A stretch of DNA of 64,000 nucleotides from an uncultured Actinomycetes bacterium (lineage in GTDB: Bacteria > Actinomycetota > UBA4738 > HRBIN12): the NCBI GenBank assembly GCA_963771385.1, contig CAVYTE010000012.1:145877-209876 (forward strand), in the 5' to 3' direction. The position numbers and the translations under genes were made by a program. Positions 28,819 through 39,606 of this stretch are shown here, in pieces (within the stretch, counting starts at the first letter, position 1; each line of letters starts with the position of its first letter). The notes under the pieces were generated by a model. It ran no database searches. It saw only the letters and a program-made list of their open reading frames with translations, and was not told where the DNA came from.

Positions 28819-29010
28819 GTGCCGAAGGTCTGGGGCCTCTCGAAGCAGCAGGCGAACTACCGGACCGCGCCGAAGCCCGCCGTCCGGTGCTCGGCCTGCA
28901 CGTACATGTTCCCGCGCCTGTCGATCGGCGGGTGCCGCCTCGTCCGCGGCGTGATCAGCGGCTCGGCCACGTGCAACGAGTTCTCGCCCCGCTCGAAGCC
29001 GGGCACGTAG
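28819..29010 (+). CDS. 63-aa four-cysteine protein with HiPIP-like Cys spacing
   Basis: GTG within ORF 28531..29010. RCSACTYMFPRLSIGGCRLVRGVISGSATCNEF gives C-x2-C-x11-C-x12-C, resembling the high-potential iron-sulfur protein pattern. No signal peptide seen. Confidence 0.4.
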   Translation: MPKVWGLSKQQANYRTAPKPAVRCSACTYMFPRLSIGGCRLVRGVISGSATCNEFSPRSKPGT

Positions 29011-29028
29011 CCCGTCCACGCGGCCGGA

Positions 29029-30190
29029 CTACCCGAGCGTTCGCAAAAGCTCCCGGGCGATCACCACGCGCTGGATCTGGTTCGTGCCCTCGTAGATCTG
29101 CGTGATCTTCGCGTCGCGCATGAACCGCTCGACCGGGTACTCCCGCATGTAGCCGTACCCCCCCAACACCTGCACCGCGTCGGTCGTGATCCGCATCGCG
29201 GCGTCGGAGGCGAAACATTTCGCGATGCTCGAGAAGTACGTCATTCGGGGATCGCCGGCGTCGCAGAGCGCGAGCGCCTTGTACACGAGGAGGCGGGCGG
29301 CCTCGAGCTGCGACGCCATGTCGGCGAGCATGAACGACACGCCCTGGAACTCCACGACCGGCTTCGCCGAACTGCTGCCGCTCGCTCGCGTAGCGGGCCG
29401 CGACGTCGAGCGCACCCTGCGCGATCCCGAGCGCCTGCGCCGCGATCGCCGGCCGCGAGAAGTCGAGCGTCCGCATCGCGTAGCCGAACCCCTTGCCCTC
29501 CTCGCCGATCAGCCGGTCGGCCGGCAGACGGACGCCCTCGAGGATCACCTCGCGCGTGGGCGAGCCGCGGATCCCCATCTTGTCCTCCTTGCGCCCGAAC
29601 TCGACGCCCGGGTCGTCCCGCATCACGAGGAACGCCGAGACCCCGTTCGTCCGCAGCGACGGGTCCGTCGTCGCGAACACCACGTACGCATGGGAGACGC
29701 CGGCCCCGGTGATGAACCGTTTCGTCCCGCTCAGCACCCAGCCGTCCGCGTCGCGCTCGTAGCGGGTCGTCATCGCCGCCGGATCCGAGCCCGCGCCGGC
29801 CTCGGTCAGCGCGTACGACATGAGGAGCTCACCGCGGGCGATGCCCCCGGTCATGCGGGCGGCCTTGTCCGCGTCTCCGGCCACGACGAGCGGGATCACG
29901 CCGAGCTTGGACACGAGCGGGGTGAGCGAGACCCCGGCCGAGACCCGGGACAGCTCCTCGATGAACACGCCGAACGCGAGGGAGCCACCCCCCGAACCGC
30001 CGTGCTCCTCCGGATACCCCACGCCCATGAGGTCGTTCTCGACGAGGATCTTGTAGACGTCCTCCGGCCACTCGTCGGTCTCGTCGATCTCGGCCGCCCG
30101 GGGTTCGATGCGTTCCTCGGCGATCCGGCGAACGAGCCTGCGGAAGTCCTCGAGCTCCTCGGGCAGCTCGAAACGCTCGAGATCTCCCAT
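29029..30190 (-). pseudogene. Acyl-CoA dehydrogenase, one frameshift as sequenced
   Basis: ORF 28955..30190 (YALTEAGAGSDPAAM, GWVLSGTKRFITG) continues in ORF 29029..29415 ([44 protein letters not shown]). Break near 29370. Confidence 0.9.
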
Positions 30191-30196
30191 CCGAGG

Positions 30197-31378
30197 TCAG
30201 ACGCGGCGAACGATCAGGGCCTCGCCCTGTCCGCCCCCGCCACAGATGCAGGCGCCCCCGAGCCCGGCGCCCCGGCGACGCATCTCGTGCGCGAGCGAGA
30301 GCACGATCCGGGCCCCGCTCGCACCGATCGGGTGCCCGAGCGCGACCGCCCCACCGTTCACGTTGACGAGCTCCTCGTCGAACCCCAGCAGGCGGGTCAC
30401 GTGGAGCGCGACCGCCGCGAACGCCTCGTTCACCTCGAGCAGCTCGAGGTCGTGGACGTCGAGCTCCGCCTTCTTCAGCGCGTGCTGGAGGGCGATCGCG
30501 GGGACCGTGTGCAGGTACGGGAAGCGCTCGGCGCTCATCCCGTGCGCCACGATCTCCACGAGGGGCTCCAGGCCGAGCTGCTCCGCCTTCTCGGCGCTCG
30601 TGATCACCACCGCGGCGGCGCCGTCGCTGATCTGCGACGCGTTGCCCGCGGTGATCGTGCCGTCGTCGTGGAAGGCCGGCGGCAGCCCGGCGAGCGTCTC
30701 GGGGCTCGAGTCCGGGCGGATGCCTTCGTCGCGTCCGACGATGACCGCCTCGCCGCGACGCTGCGGGACCTCCACCGGCACGACCTCCTCGGCGAGCGCT
30801 CCGGAATCCCACCCCGCGGCCGCCCGCCGATGCGAACGAGCGGCCCACGCGTCCTGGTCCGCACGCGAGATCCCGAGCTCCGCGTTCACCGCGTCGGACG
30901 ACTCCCCCATGTGCTGCTCCGTGAACGTGGACCACAGACCGTCGTGGATCATCGTGTCGATCATCTGCGAGTGCCCCAGGCGCGAGCCGGCGCGAGCCTC
31001 CGGGAGCACGTACGGAGCGTTCGTCATCGACTCCATCCCGCCGGCCACCACGATCTCCACCTCGCCCGCCCGGATCATCTGGTCGGCGAGCGCGATCGCG
31101 GTCGTCCCCGACAGGCAGACCTTGTCGACGTTGAGCGCGGGGACCTCCTTGGGGATCCCGGCGGCGATCGCCGCCTGGCGCGCGGTGATCTGACCGGTGC
31201 CGGCCCGGAGCACCTGCCCCATGACGACGTAGTCGACCTGGTCGGTTCCGACGTGCGCGCGGTCGAGGGCCTCCCGGATCGCCACGGCGCCGAGATCGAT
31301 GCCCTGCAGGTCCGCGAACGCGCCCCGGAACTTCCCGATCGGCGTCCGGGCGCCGGCGACGATGACCGAACGGCTCAC
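30197..31378 (-). CDS. Acetyl-CoA C-acetyltransferase (thiolase II)
   Basis: Intact 393 aa. Nucleophile motif VDKVCLSGTTAI; NEAFAAV; GGAVALGHPIGASGAR; CIGGGQG-type C-terminus (CGGGGQGEAL). Confidence 0.95.
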   Translation of the reverse strand: MSRSVIVAGARTPIGKFRGAFADLQGIDLGAVAIREALDRAHVGTDQVDYVVMGQVLRAGTGQITARQAAIAAGIPKEVPALNVDKVCLSGTTAIALADQMIRAGEVEIVVAGGMESMTNAPYVLPEARAGSRLGHSQMIDTMIHDGLWSTFTEQHMGESSDAVNAELGISRADQDAWAARSHRRAAAGWDSGALAEEVVPVEVPQRRGEAVIVGRDEGIRPDSSPETLAGLPPAFHDDGTITAGNASQISDGAAAVVITSAEKAEQLGLEPLVEIVAHGMSAERFPYLHTVPAIALQHALKKAELDVHDLELLEVNEAFAAVALHVTRLLGFDEELVNVNGGAVALGHPIGASGARIVLSLAHEMRRRGAGLGGACICGGGGQGEALIVRRV

Positions 31379-31881
31379 GGACCGAGTCTACCGCCGCGCC
31401 ATCGCTCGAAGACCTCGAGCCCGTCGGGACAGAACCGTTCGCGGCCGATCATCGCGTCGAGCGCGTCGGCCCGCACGTACGCGCCCCAGGCGACCTCCGC
31501 CGGCTGCCAGCGGATCGGTCCGTCCCACACGACGTCGAACGCCGCGCCCCACACCCGGCCGCCGGGACCCTCGTAGCGGTGGAGGAACCGGAACGCCGGA
31601 TCGGCGTCCACGCCGAGCTCCTCCTCCAGCTCGCGCCGCGCGCAGTCCGGATAGGACTCGCCCGCCGCGTTCACCCCGCCGGCGCACAGGTCGTAGTAGC
31701 CCGGGTACACGTCCTTCGTATCGGTGCGCCGATGCACGTAGAGCTCCCCGGCGGCGTTGCGGACGAAGACGTACGTGCACCGGTGCCAGAGGTTGTCCGC
31801 GCGCACCTCGCGCCGCGTGGCCACCCGGACGACGGAGTTCCGCTCGTCGACGACGTCGACGAACTCGTCCGCGGGGTCCAC
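31375..31881 (-). CDS. NUDIX hydrolase
   Basis: Nudix box GGVNAAGESYPDCARRELEEELGV. The stop overlaps the thiolase start. Confidence 0.85.
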   Translation of the reverse strand: MDPADEFVDVVDERNSVVRVATRREVRADNLWHRCTYVFVRNAAGELYVHRRTDTKDVYPGYYDLCAGGVNAAGESYPDCARRELEEELGVDADPAFRFLHRYEGPGGRVWGAAFDVVWDGPIRWQPAEVAWGAYVRADALDAMIGRERFCPDGLEVFERWRGGRLGP

Positions 31882-31892
31882 CGCGCGAGCGG

Positions 31893-33600
31893 TCAGGATC
31901 GAACGTCGAGCGCGAGCTCGATCTGCCGGATGATCTCATCGCCGACGAGCTCGTCGCGGGCGATCAGCGCGTCCCGCAAGGCGACGACGACGTCCCGGTT
32001 CTCCTCCGAGGAGCTTCGTCACGCGGTCCTTCTGCTCGGTGAGGATCTCCTCGACGCGGGCCTTGCCCTCCGGATCGGCGAGCACCTTGCCCACGAGGTT
32101 CTTCGAGCCGATCGGACCTTCCGCGATCGCGTCGAACGAGAGCAGGGAGCCAGCCATGCCGAACGACCCCACCATCTGCGCCGCGAGCGTGGTCGCCTGT
32201 TGCAGGTCCGACGCGGGGCCGGTGCCGCTCTCCCCGAAGAAGATCTCCTCGGCGACGAGCCCCCCGAGCGCGATCGCCACGTTCGCCTCGATCTCGGTCC
32301 GGGTGCGCGTGAATCGCTCCTGCTCGTCACCGTGCGCGAGCAGGCCGAGCGCCTGCCGGCGCTTGATGATCGACAGCACCTCGAGCCGCCGACCCTTGCC
32401 CACCAGGTAGGCGACGGTGGCGTGGCCGGCCTCGTGGGTCGCCACCGACACGCGGTCCGACTCCGCGTAGTTGACCGGCTGCTTGAAGCCGAGCTCCTCG
32501 GTGAGCTTGGCCTCGTGGATGTCCTGGCTGCTCATCGCCGTGCGGCCCTCGCGGAGCGCGACGAGCAACGCCTCGTCGAACAGGTGCTCGATCATCACCG
32601 GCGTGTAGCCGAAGGCGTCGTGGGCAAGGCGATCGCGCGTGTGGTCGTCGTCGAGCTGCTCGTGGTGCGTCTTCCGGTCGAGGAAGAAGTCGATCAGCTC
32701 GCGGCGCCCGGACTTGGTCGGGAGGTCGAAGAACAGCCTGCGGTCGAACCGTCCGGGTCGTAGGAGCGCCGGGTCGAGGTTGTCGGCGCGGTTCGTCGCC
32801 GCGATCAGCAGGATGTTGTTGTACGTGGGCTTCGCCGTGGGCATGCGCTTCGGTCGCCGGCAGGTACCCGTTCACCCACTCCTTCATGCGCGCCTTCACG
32901 CGCGCCCCCCACGGCGGCTGATCGAACGACTGCATCTGGATCAGCAGCTCGTTCACCATGCCCGAACCCGCGGCGCCCACGATGCGCGAGGAGACGCGTC
33001 CGAGACCGGTCGGGTCCGGGCTCGCGTTCATCCCGCCGCGCTCGCCGCCGATCGCGTCGATCTCCTCGATGAAGCCGATCGCGCCACCCTTCCTTCCGCG
33101 CCAGCTTGCGCAGCCGCCGGAAGAAGGAGCGGATCTTCGCGTTCGTCATCCCGAACCACATCGACTGGAACGCCGGCGCCGCGCTGAATAGGAACGGCAC
33201 CCCGGCCTGCTTCGCCATCGCCTTCGCGAGGTAGGTCTTGCCCGTGCCGGGCGAACCCTCGAACAGGATGCCTCGACGCGGGTTGCCGCCGAGCTGATCG
33301 CGGAAGGTCGCGTACCCGAGGAACACGTCGAGCGTGCGGCTCACCTCGTCGACCTGGTTGTCCAGCCCTCGGACCTCGTCGAGGCCGACCTCGATCTCCT
33401 CCGGGCGAACGACCGCGTGCGGCGAGCGGCCGCTGAACAGCGGCATCAGCATCATCAGCACGATCGCGAAGACCAGGATGATCACCGGGGCGAAGATCGA
33501 TCGCGTCGGGGCCGAGGGTCGGGAGCTGGAACGGGTTGTGCGTGAGGTAGCGGTACCAGAGGTATCCGTCGATCAGCGCGAGGATCAGCACGAGCCGCAC
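31893..33600 (-). pseudogene. FtsH-like membrane AAA+ zinc metalloprotease paralogue, about four frameshifts as sequenced
   Basis: TM segments; Walker A GSPGTGKTYLAKAMA; Walker B GGAIGFIEEIDAIG; LLIAATNRADNLDPALLRPGRFDR; HEAGHA zinc site; C-terminal tail ..DEIIRQIELALDVRS ending at TGA 31893. Breaks near 33490, 33095, 32850 and 32008. Confidence 0.8.
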
Positions 33601-33859
33601 GACCCGCCTCCGGCGCGTCCGCTCGCGGACGCGGGAGACGTCCGCCCTGCCCCGGGAACGGCGTCGGAACCGTAGGAGCGCGGTGGCGGTGGACCGACTG
33701 GCCTGCTCTCACGGGCACCTCGGCTCGGCGTAGGTCGACCAGGGCATCGTAGTGAAGGGCGGGTGGTCGCATGCATCAGACCTTTGCACTAGAGACCACC
33801 GGAGCGGGACGGCGCCGGGACCATGCCGCGGTGAGGGCGAACGACTATCGTGCGGACCC

Positions 33860-34252
33860 ATGGCGAGGAAGAAACTGACGCCTGTGACCAGGGAGGACGC
33901 TCGCACGATCGGCGGCGCTCCTCCGTGGCCTCCGCGAGCTCCCGGGCTACCGGGCCGTGCAGGAGGCCGCATCGGCGAACGGCTTCCCGGCGGCCCGCCA
34001 GACGATCTACGCGTACGAACGCGGTGGCCTCACGCCCTCGCTCAAGCAGTTCCTCGAGCTCGTCGAGTTCTACGCCGTCCACCCGATCGCGGGGGACGGG
34101 GCGAAGCCGGAGGCGACCTGCGTGCGCAGGCGGTGGCCGCGGTCGGCCGGGCGCTGACGCTCCCCGCGTACCACGTGAAGGAGGCACAGGAGTTGATGGA
34201 GCGCCTCCAGCCGTCGCTCCACGAGGGCCGTCGCCGCGGCGCGAAGACGTGA
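33860..34252 (+). pseudogene. Small XRE-type helix-turn-helix protein, two frameshifts as sequenced
   Basis: MARKKLTPVTREDARTIGGA (ORF 33752..34252), then LRELPGYRAVQEAASANGFPAARQTIYAYERGGLTPSL (ORF 33957..34157), then back to the first frame for the C-terminus. Confidence 0.5.
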
Positions 34253-34658
34253 AGCTCACACAGATCGATCACGTGGGGATCGCGGTCCCCGAACTCGACG
34301 CCGCGGTCGAGCGCTACGCGCGCGCTGTTCGGCCTGCAGCCGGTGCATCGGGAGCGCGTCGGGGACCAGGGGGTCGAGGAGGTCCTGTTCGCCGTGGGCG
34401 AGTCGTTCATCCAGCTGCTCGGTGCGCTCGGGCCGGACACGCCGGTCGGCCGGTTCCTCGAACGACGCGGCCCCGGGGTGCACCACGTCGGCTACCGGGT
34501 ACCGGACGTCGCCCTCGCGCTCCAGGACCTGCGGGCCGAAGGCGTCACGCTGATCGACGAGCATCCGCGGCTCGGATCGCGAGGGACGACGATCGCGTTC
34601 GTCCACCCGAAGGACGTGGGCGGGGTGCTCGTCGAGCTCGTGCAGGAGACGCGGCTAA
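34249..34658 (+). pseudogene. Methylmalonyl-CoA (ethylmalonyl-CoA) epimerase, VOC family; at least one frameshift, 3' end uncertain
   Basis: VKLTQIDHVGIAVPELDAAVERYAR, then (break near 34320 in a GC-dinucleotide run) LFGLQPVHRERVGDQGVEEVLF..GPGVHHVGYRV..AFVHPKDVGGVLVELVQ. The uninterrupted frame runs on to 34798, but the family normally ends just after LVELVQ. Confidence 0.7.
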
Positions 34659-35939
34659 GCCGGACAGGCTCGCGAGGCCCCCGGGCCGGCGCGTTGATGA
34701 GGACCGAGACGTTGCCCTCCGGGAGCGCCCCGTCGCCCATCAGCTGGTGTGCGACCCCGGCATCCGATAGTCGTACGTCTGGCCGAGCGTCGTGGTGACC
34801 TTCGCCTCGCGCACGAGGTCGTTGAAGGCCGCGGCCTGCTCGTCGTTGAACAGGTGCGATCCCTGGTATCGCTTCTGCGGGTACCAGAGGTACCGCACGT
34901 CCACCATCGTGTCGTAGCCGCTCGTGCCCGCGCAGATCACGACCATCCCGCCGCGCTCGCACACGAAGATGGACGTCGGGATCGTGTCCTGGCCGGGATG
35001 GTCGAACACGATGTTCGGGTTCCGTCGCTCGCCGAGCACGTCCCAGACGGCCTTCCCGAACGCCTTGGCGCCCTCGAACCACGACCGCCACTCGGGGCTG
35101 TTCCACGCCGGCGGAACCCCCCAGTGGTCGAAGCTCGTGCGGTCGATCCATCCCACCGCCCCGAGCTCCTTCGCGTACTCGCCCCGTTCGGCCGACGAGA
35201 CGACCGCCACGGCCTTCGCGCCGGCGAGCGTCACGAGCTGGACCGCGAGCGACCCGAGGCCCCCCGAGCGCCCCACACGAGGACCACGTCGCCCCGCTCT
35301 CACGGTGTTGGGCGGCCAGCCGTGGAGCATCCGGTACGCCGTGGCGCCGGTGAGCGTCGGTGCCGCGGCCTCCTCCCATGTGAGCCGATCGGCCTTCGGC
35401 AGGCACTGATGAGCCTGGACCTTCGTGAACTGCGCGAACGACCCCCAGCAGGTGTCGTAGCCCCACACCCGGAACGAGGCGGCGAGACCGGGGTCGTTGC
35501 CCTCGACCACCCAGGGATCGTCGAGGTCCCACTGCCCGGCATGCACGACGACGTGGTCGCCGACCTGCACGTTCGTGACCTCGTCCCCGATCGCGGCGAC
35601 GACGCCGGACGCGTCGGAGCCCACGATGTGGAACTCGGTGGGCTCACCCCAGCGGGCCTGGGTCTTCGTCACGTCCACGGGCACCCCGCGAGCGGCCCAC
35701 ACGTTGTTGAAGTTGACCCCGGCGGCCATCACCATCACGAGCGCCTCGTGCGCGCCGATCGCCGGGACGTCGATCACCTCGTCGACGATCGCGTCCTTCG
35801 GCTCGCCGTAGCGTTCGGGGCGCACGAGCTGCGCGTGCATCCGCCTCGGGACCTCGCCGAGCGGCGGGATCTCGCCGATCTCGTACAGGTCCTTGCCCAC
35901 GCCTGCTCCCAGCGTCCGGCGGTCCGGTCGGCGCGCCAC
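34655..35939 (-). pseudogene. ccr: Crotonyl-CoA carboxylase/reductase, at least three frameshifts, 3' end uncertain
   Basis: ORF 34740..35939: EALVMVMAAGVNFNNVWAARG..GSDASGVV..WGYDTCWGSFAQF. An insertion/deletion pair near 35270-35300 turns the expected DVVLVWGASGGLGS into RRGPRVGRSGGLGS. The conserved C-terminus AHQLMGDGALPEGNVSVLINAP lies in the frame of ORF 34492..35532. Confidence 0.8.
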
Positions 35940-35957
35940 CCTAGCAGGACGTGCGCG

Positions 35958-36893
35958 TCAGACGGAGGGCTGCAGGGCGGCGCTCGACGGACATGTCGTC
36001 GCGCGGGGACACCAGGTGCAGTAGGGACCCGGCCGCAGCTCGGGGCGCCGGCCCGCGTCGATGACCGCGACCGCGCGGATCGCCTCGACCACCCGATCGG
36101 CCGCCCGCTCGAGGACGCGCTCCTCGACGTCCTCGGCCTGCCATTCCCCCGAGTCGAGGTAGAGCGTGGCCACCCGGTAGGGCGGAACGCCGAACCGCAG
36201 CGCGAGCAACAGCGCGTAGAAACGCATGTCCTCGGCGTGCTCGGGCCAGGCGCGGCCGGTCTTCAGGTCGATCGCCAGCCGGGTCGCCCGAACGGGCTCC
36301 GCCGCAACGCTTCCGCCGAGGACCAGGTCGAGCTGTCCGGACAACACCAGCGCTCCCCCGAGCAGCTCCGCGCGCACATGCCACTCGGTCGACGGCGCGA
36401 GCTCGCGCCGCAACAGCCGGAGCGGGGGCATCGTGGAGCGGAAGAGCTCGAGCGTCTTCGCGGCGTCCATGAGCGTCTCGTCGCGATGGAGCCCGTCGAG
36501 TGCGTCCCAGTAGGCGCGGAAGGCGGCATCCTCCTGCAGCCGCTCCGCCGAGCGCTCGACGAGATCGAAGGGGTCGCGCTCGTCTCGCCCCGCGACCTCG
36601 AGCTCCACGGCCTTGTGCGCGAGCCTGCCCGCCGCCGATCGTGCCGAGAACGCGAACGGGCCGCGCTCGCCGGCGCGCACGGACTCGAACAGCCCCGGGC
36701 ACCTGGCGAGGTCGTTCAGCGCGGACTTGCCGAGCCAGAGCGGCTCGGGGCGCTCGAACGCCCGGGCGGTCTCCTCGATCCGGTCGCGCACGCGCTGGAC
36801 GATGCCGGCCGCGAAGACCGGTCGCTCGCCCGTCCCGATGAGCCCCTCGAGCGTCCGCCGCTGCGCGGTCGTGAGCTCCACGGTCGCCTCCAT
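35958..36893 (-). CDS. PD-(D/E)XK nuclease of the Cas4/RecB-like type with a four-Cys cluster
   Basis: ATG 36893 in ORF 35958..37328. One N-terminal Cys (LARCPG); GQLDLV and IDLKTG (D..D/E-x-K); C-terminal YCTWCPRATTC (C-x2-C-x5-C). Confidence 0.65.
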   Translation of the reverse strand: MEATVELTTAQRRTLEGLIGTGERPVFAAGIVQRVRDRIEETARAFERPEPLWLGKSALNDLARCPGLFESVRAGERGPFAFSARSAAGRLAHKAVELEVAGRDERDPFDLVERSAERLQEDAAFRAYWDALDGLHRDETLMDAAKTLELFRSTMPPLRLLRRELAPSTEWHVRAELLGGALVLSGQLDLVLGGSVAAEPVRATRLAIDLKTGRAWPEHAEDMRFYALLLALRFGVPPYRVATLYLDSGEWQAEDVEERVLERAADRVVEAIRAVAVIDAGRRPELRPGPYCTWCPRATTCPSSAALQPSV

Positions 36894-36921
36894 GGCCGGG
36901 ATGGTAGGTGTACCCGCCGAC

Positions 36922-37473
36922 ATGCCCGAGACCCCCAACGACATCCTCCGGGCCCTCGCCGACCCGGAGCGGCTCGCCGTCGCCGGTCGCCTCTCGCGCG
37001 CCGACGCGACGGCCGGCGACCTCGCCGAGGACCTTGGCCTCCCCATGACCCGCGTGCAGAAGCACCTGAAACGTTTGCTGGGCGCCGGCGTCGCCCGGTT
37101 GGACGAGGACCGCCGAACGTACCGCCTGGACACCGAGACGCTCCGGTGGGCCGCCGAGCAGGTCGGCCCGCCCCGGGGGTCGGGACTCGCTCTCGGGGCC
37201 GCGAACGAGGACGAGGAGTCGGTACTGCGCGCCTTCTTCCGAGACGGCAGGCTGGTCGAGGTTCCGGCGAAGGCTTCGAAGCGACGCATCGTCCTCGAGC
37301 GCATCGCGCTCGAGTTCGAGCCCGGCATCCGGTACGACGAGCGGACCGTGAACGCGATCGTCGGCAGGTTCCATCAAGACCACGCAGCCCTCCGTCGATA
37401 CCTCGTCGATGAGGGATTCCTCGACCGCGATCACGGCGCGTACTGGAGGAGCGGCGGACGGGTCGAGACGTGA
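36922..37473 (+). CDS. ArsR-type winged-HTH regulator fused to a DUF2087 domain
   Basis: ILRALADPERLAVAGRL..AGDLAEDLGLPMTRVQKHLKRL, then RIALEFEPGIRYDERTVNAIVGRFHQDHAALRRYLVDEGFLDR. Divergent from the nuclease gene. Confidence 0.75.
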   Translation: MPETPNDILRALADPERLAVAGRLSRADATAGDLAEDLGLPMTRVQKHLKRLLGAGVARLDEDRRTYRLDTETLRWAAEQVGPPRGSGLALGAANEDEESVLRAFFRDGRLVEVPAKASKRRIVLERIALEFEPGIRYDERTVNAIVGRFHQDHAALRRYLVDEGFLDRDHGAYWRSGGRVET

Positions 37474-37542
37474 CGTCGCGCCGCTGCGCGCGAGCGCAAC
37501 CCGGTTCGACGCCCCGCCGAGCCGCTGCTAGGTTCGCGCGTC

Positions 37543-38007
37543 GTGCGCGCCTCCACGCGGGCGATCCTCCCCGCGCTCGTCCTGCTCCTGCTGCTCCCGC
37601 CGGCGACCGCGCGCGCGCATCACCGGCCGGGGCCGTGCGACGTGCACCGGGGACCCGACGAGTCGGTCGTGTCACACATGAAGCGACTGATCACGTGCGC
37701 AACCCTCGAGTGGGAGGTCCGCGGCAACGCGGAGCGAGCGATCTGCGTCGCCGACGCCGAGAGCCACCTGAACCCCCGCGCGGGGGAAGCGGAGGGGAAG
37801 TTCCTCGGGCTGTTCCAGCACAGCGCCGTGTACTGGCCGGACCGATACGAGACCTGGACGCGCCCCGGATGGGAGCTGCCGGAGAGCGCGCTCTCGGGCC
37901 GAACGAACAGCGTCGTCACGATCCGGATGGTGCACGAGAACGGGTGGGGACCGTGGCAGGGCGCCGGCGACTGCTTCGAACGGCGTGCGCGGGGGGCGCT
38001 CCGCTAG
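37543..38007 (+). CDS. Secreted lytic-transglycosylase-like (SLT/lysozyme-like) protein
   Basis: GTG start, signal peptide RAILPALVLLLLLPPATARA, and the SLT-like ADAESHLNPRA..GLFQHS. Confidence 0.6.
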   Translation: MRASTRAILPALVLLLLLPPATARAHHRPGPCDVHRGPDESVVSHMKRLITCATLEWEVRGNAERAICVADAESHLNPRAGEAEGKFLGLFQHSAVYWPDRYETWTRPGWELPESALSGRTNSVVTIRMVHENGWGPWQGAGDCFERRARGALR

Positions 38008-38019
38008 ACTCCCGGGCAC

Positions 38020-39606
38020 ATGGCGAAGACCGAGGACCTTCCCCAACCTTCGGTCCGAACGGTCGAGGACCGGATCGCGGAGCTCCGCAAACGCCGGACC
38101 GCGCTCCTGGATACCTCCCGTCGCGACGCGGTCCGCAAGCAGCACGAGAAGGGCAAGCTGACCGCGCGCGAGCGCGTGGAGCTCCTGCTGGATCGCGACT
38201 CGTTCCAGGAGACCGATCCGTTCGCCGTGCACCGCGCGCACGAGTTCGGCATCGAACGCAACCGACCCGCGGGCGACGGCGTGATCACCGGCTACGGGAC
38301 CGCCGACGGCCGCCGGGTCTTCGTCGCGTCCCAGGACTTCACGGTGTTCGGCGGCTCGCTCGGCGAGGTGCACGCACAGAAGATCTGCAAGGTCCAGGAC
38401 CTCGCGATGTCCACCGGCGCGCCCTTCATCCAGATCAACGACTCGGGCGGGGCGAGGATCCAGGAGGGCGCCGCCAGCCTCGCCGGCTACGGCTACGTGT
38501 TCGAACGGAACGTGCGCTCCTCGGGCGTGATCCCGCAGATCAGTGTGATCATGGGGCCGTGCGCCGGCGGCGCCGTGTACTCCCCCGCGATCACCGACTT
38601 CACGTTCATGGTCCGCGAGACCTCGCACATGTTCATCACCGGTCCGGACGTGATCAAGGCGGTGACCGGCGAGGAGGTCACGTTCGAAGAGCTCGGCGGC
38701 GCGATGACGCACGCGAGCCGCTCGGGGGTGGCCTCGTTCGTCAGCCAGGACGAGGAGGAGTGCCTGGCGATGGTCCGCCACCTCCTGTCGTACCTCCCGT
38801 CGAACAACCTCGAGGACCCGCCGTCGTTCGCGACCGCGGACGACCCGGCGCGGATCGACGAGGGGCTCACGCACCTGATCCCCGATTCGGCGCGCGAGCC
38901 GTACGACATGCACGAGGTGATCCGCCGCGTCGTCGACGACGGGGACTTCTTCGAGGTCTTCCCGTTCTGGGCGATGAACGTCGTGATCGGATTCGCGCGC
39001 CTGGACGGCCGCGCCGTCGGCATCGTGGCGAACCAGCCGAAGGTGCAGGCCGGCACGCTGGACATCGACTCGTCGGAGAAGGCGTCACGGTTCGTCCGGA
39101 CATGCGACGCGTTCAACGTGCCGATCGTGACGTTCGTCGACGTGCCCGGGTTCCTGCCCGGGACGGAACAGGAGTACCACGGCATCATCCGCCACGGCGC
39201 CAAGCTCCTGTACGCGTTCGCCGAGGCGACGGTCCCGCGACTGACCGTGATCACCCGCAAGGCGTACGGGGGCGCGTACCTCGTCATGAACTCCAAGCAC
39301 CTGCGCGCCGACGTCTCGTTCGCGTGGCCGACGGCCGAGATCGCGGTGATGGGGCCCGAGGGCGCGGTCAACGTGGTGTTCCGCAAGCAGATCGAGAAGG
39401 CCGAGGATCCGACGGCCGCACGCGCCGAGCTCATCGCGCAGTACCAGGAGCGGTTCGCGACGCCGTACGTCGCGGCCGAACGCGGGTTCATCGACGACGT
39501 GATCGAGCCGTCCGAGACGCGGCCCCGGCTCATCAACGCGCTCCGGATGCTGGCGACCAAGCGCGAGGCCGTCCCCGCCCGCAAGCACGGGAACATCCCG
39601 CTGTGA
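38020..39606 (+). CDS. pccB: Propionyl-/acyl-CoA carboxylase carboxyltransferase (beta) subunit
   Basis: Intact 528 aa: [80 protein letters not shown]. Confidence 0.95.
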   Translation: MAKTEDLPQPSVRTVEDRIAELRKRRTALLDTSRRDAVRKQHEKGKLTARERVELLLDRDSFQETDPFAVHRAHEFGIERNRPAGDGVITGYGTADGRRVFVASQDFTVFGGSLGEVHAQKICKVQDLAMSTGAPFIQINDSGGARIQEGAASLAGYGYVFERNVRSSGVIPQISVIMGPCAGGAVYSPAITDFTFMVRETSHMFITGPDVIKAVTGEEVTFEELGGAMTHASRSGVASFVSQDEEECLAMVRHLLSYLPSNNLEDPPSFATADDPARIDEGLTHLIPDSAREPYDMHEVIRRVVDDGDFFEVFPFWAMNVVIGFARLDGRAVGIVANQPKVQAGTLDIDSSEKASRFVRTCDAFNVPIVTFVDVPGFLPGTEQEYHGIIRHGAKLLYAFAEATVPRLTVITRKAYGGAYLVMNSKHLRADVSFAWPTAEIAVMGPEGAVNVVFRKQIEKAEDPTAARAELIAQYQERFATPYVAAERGFIDDVIEPSETRPRLINALRMLATKREAVPARKHGNIPL

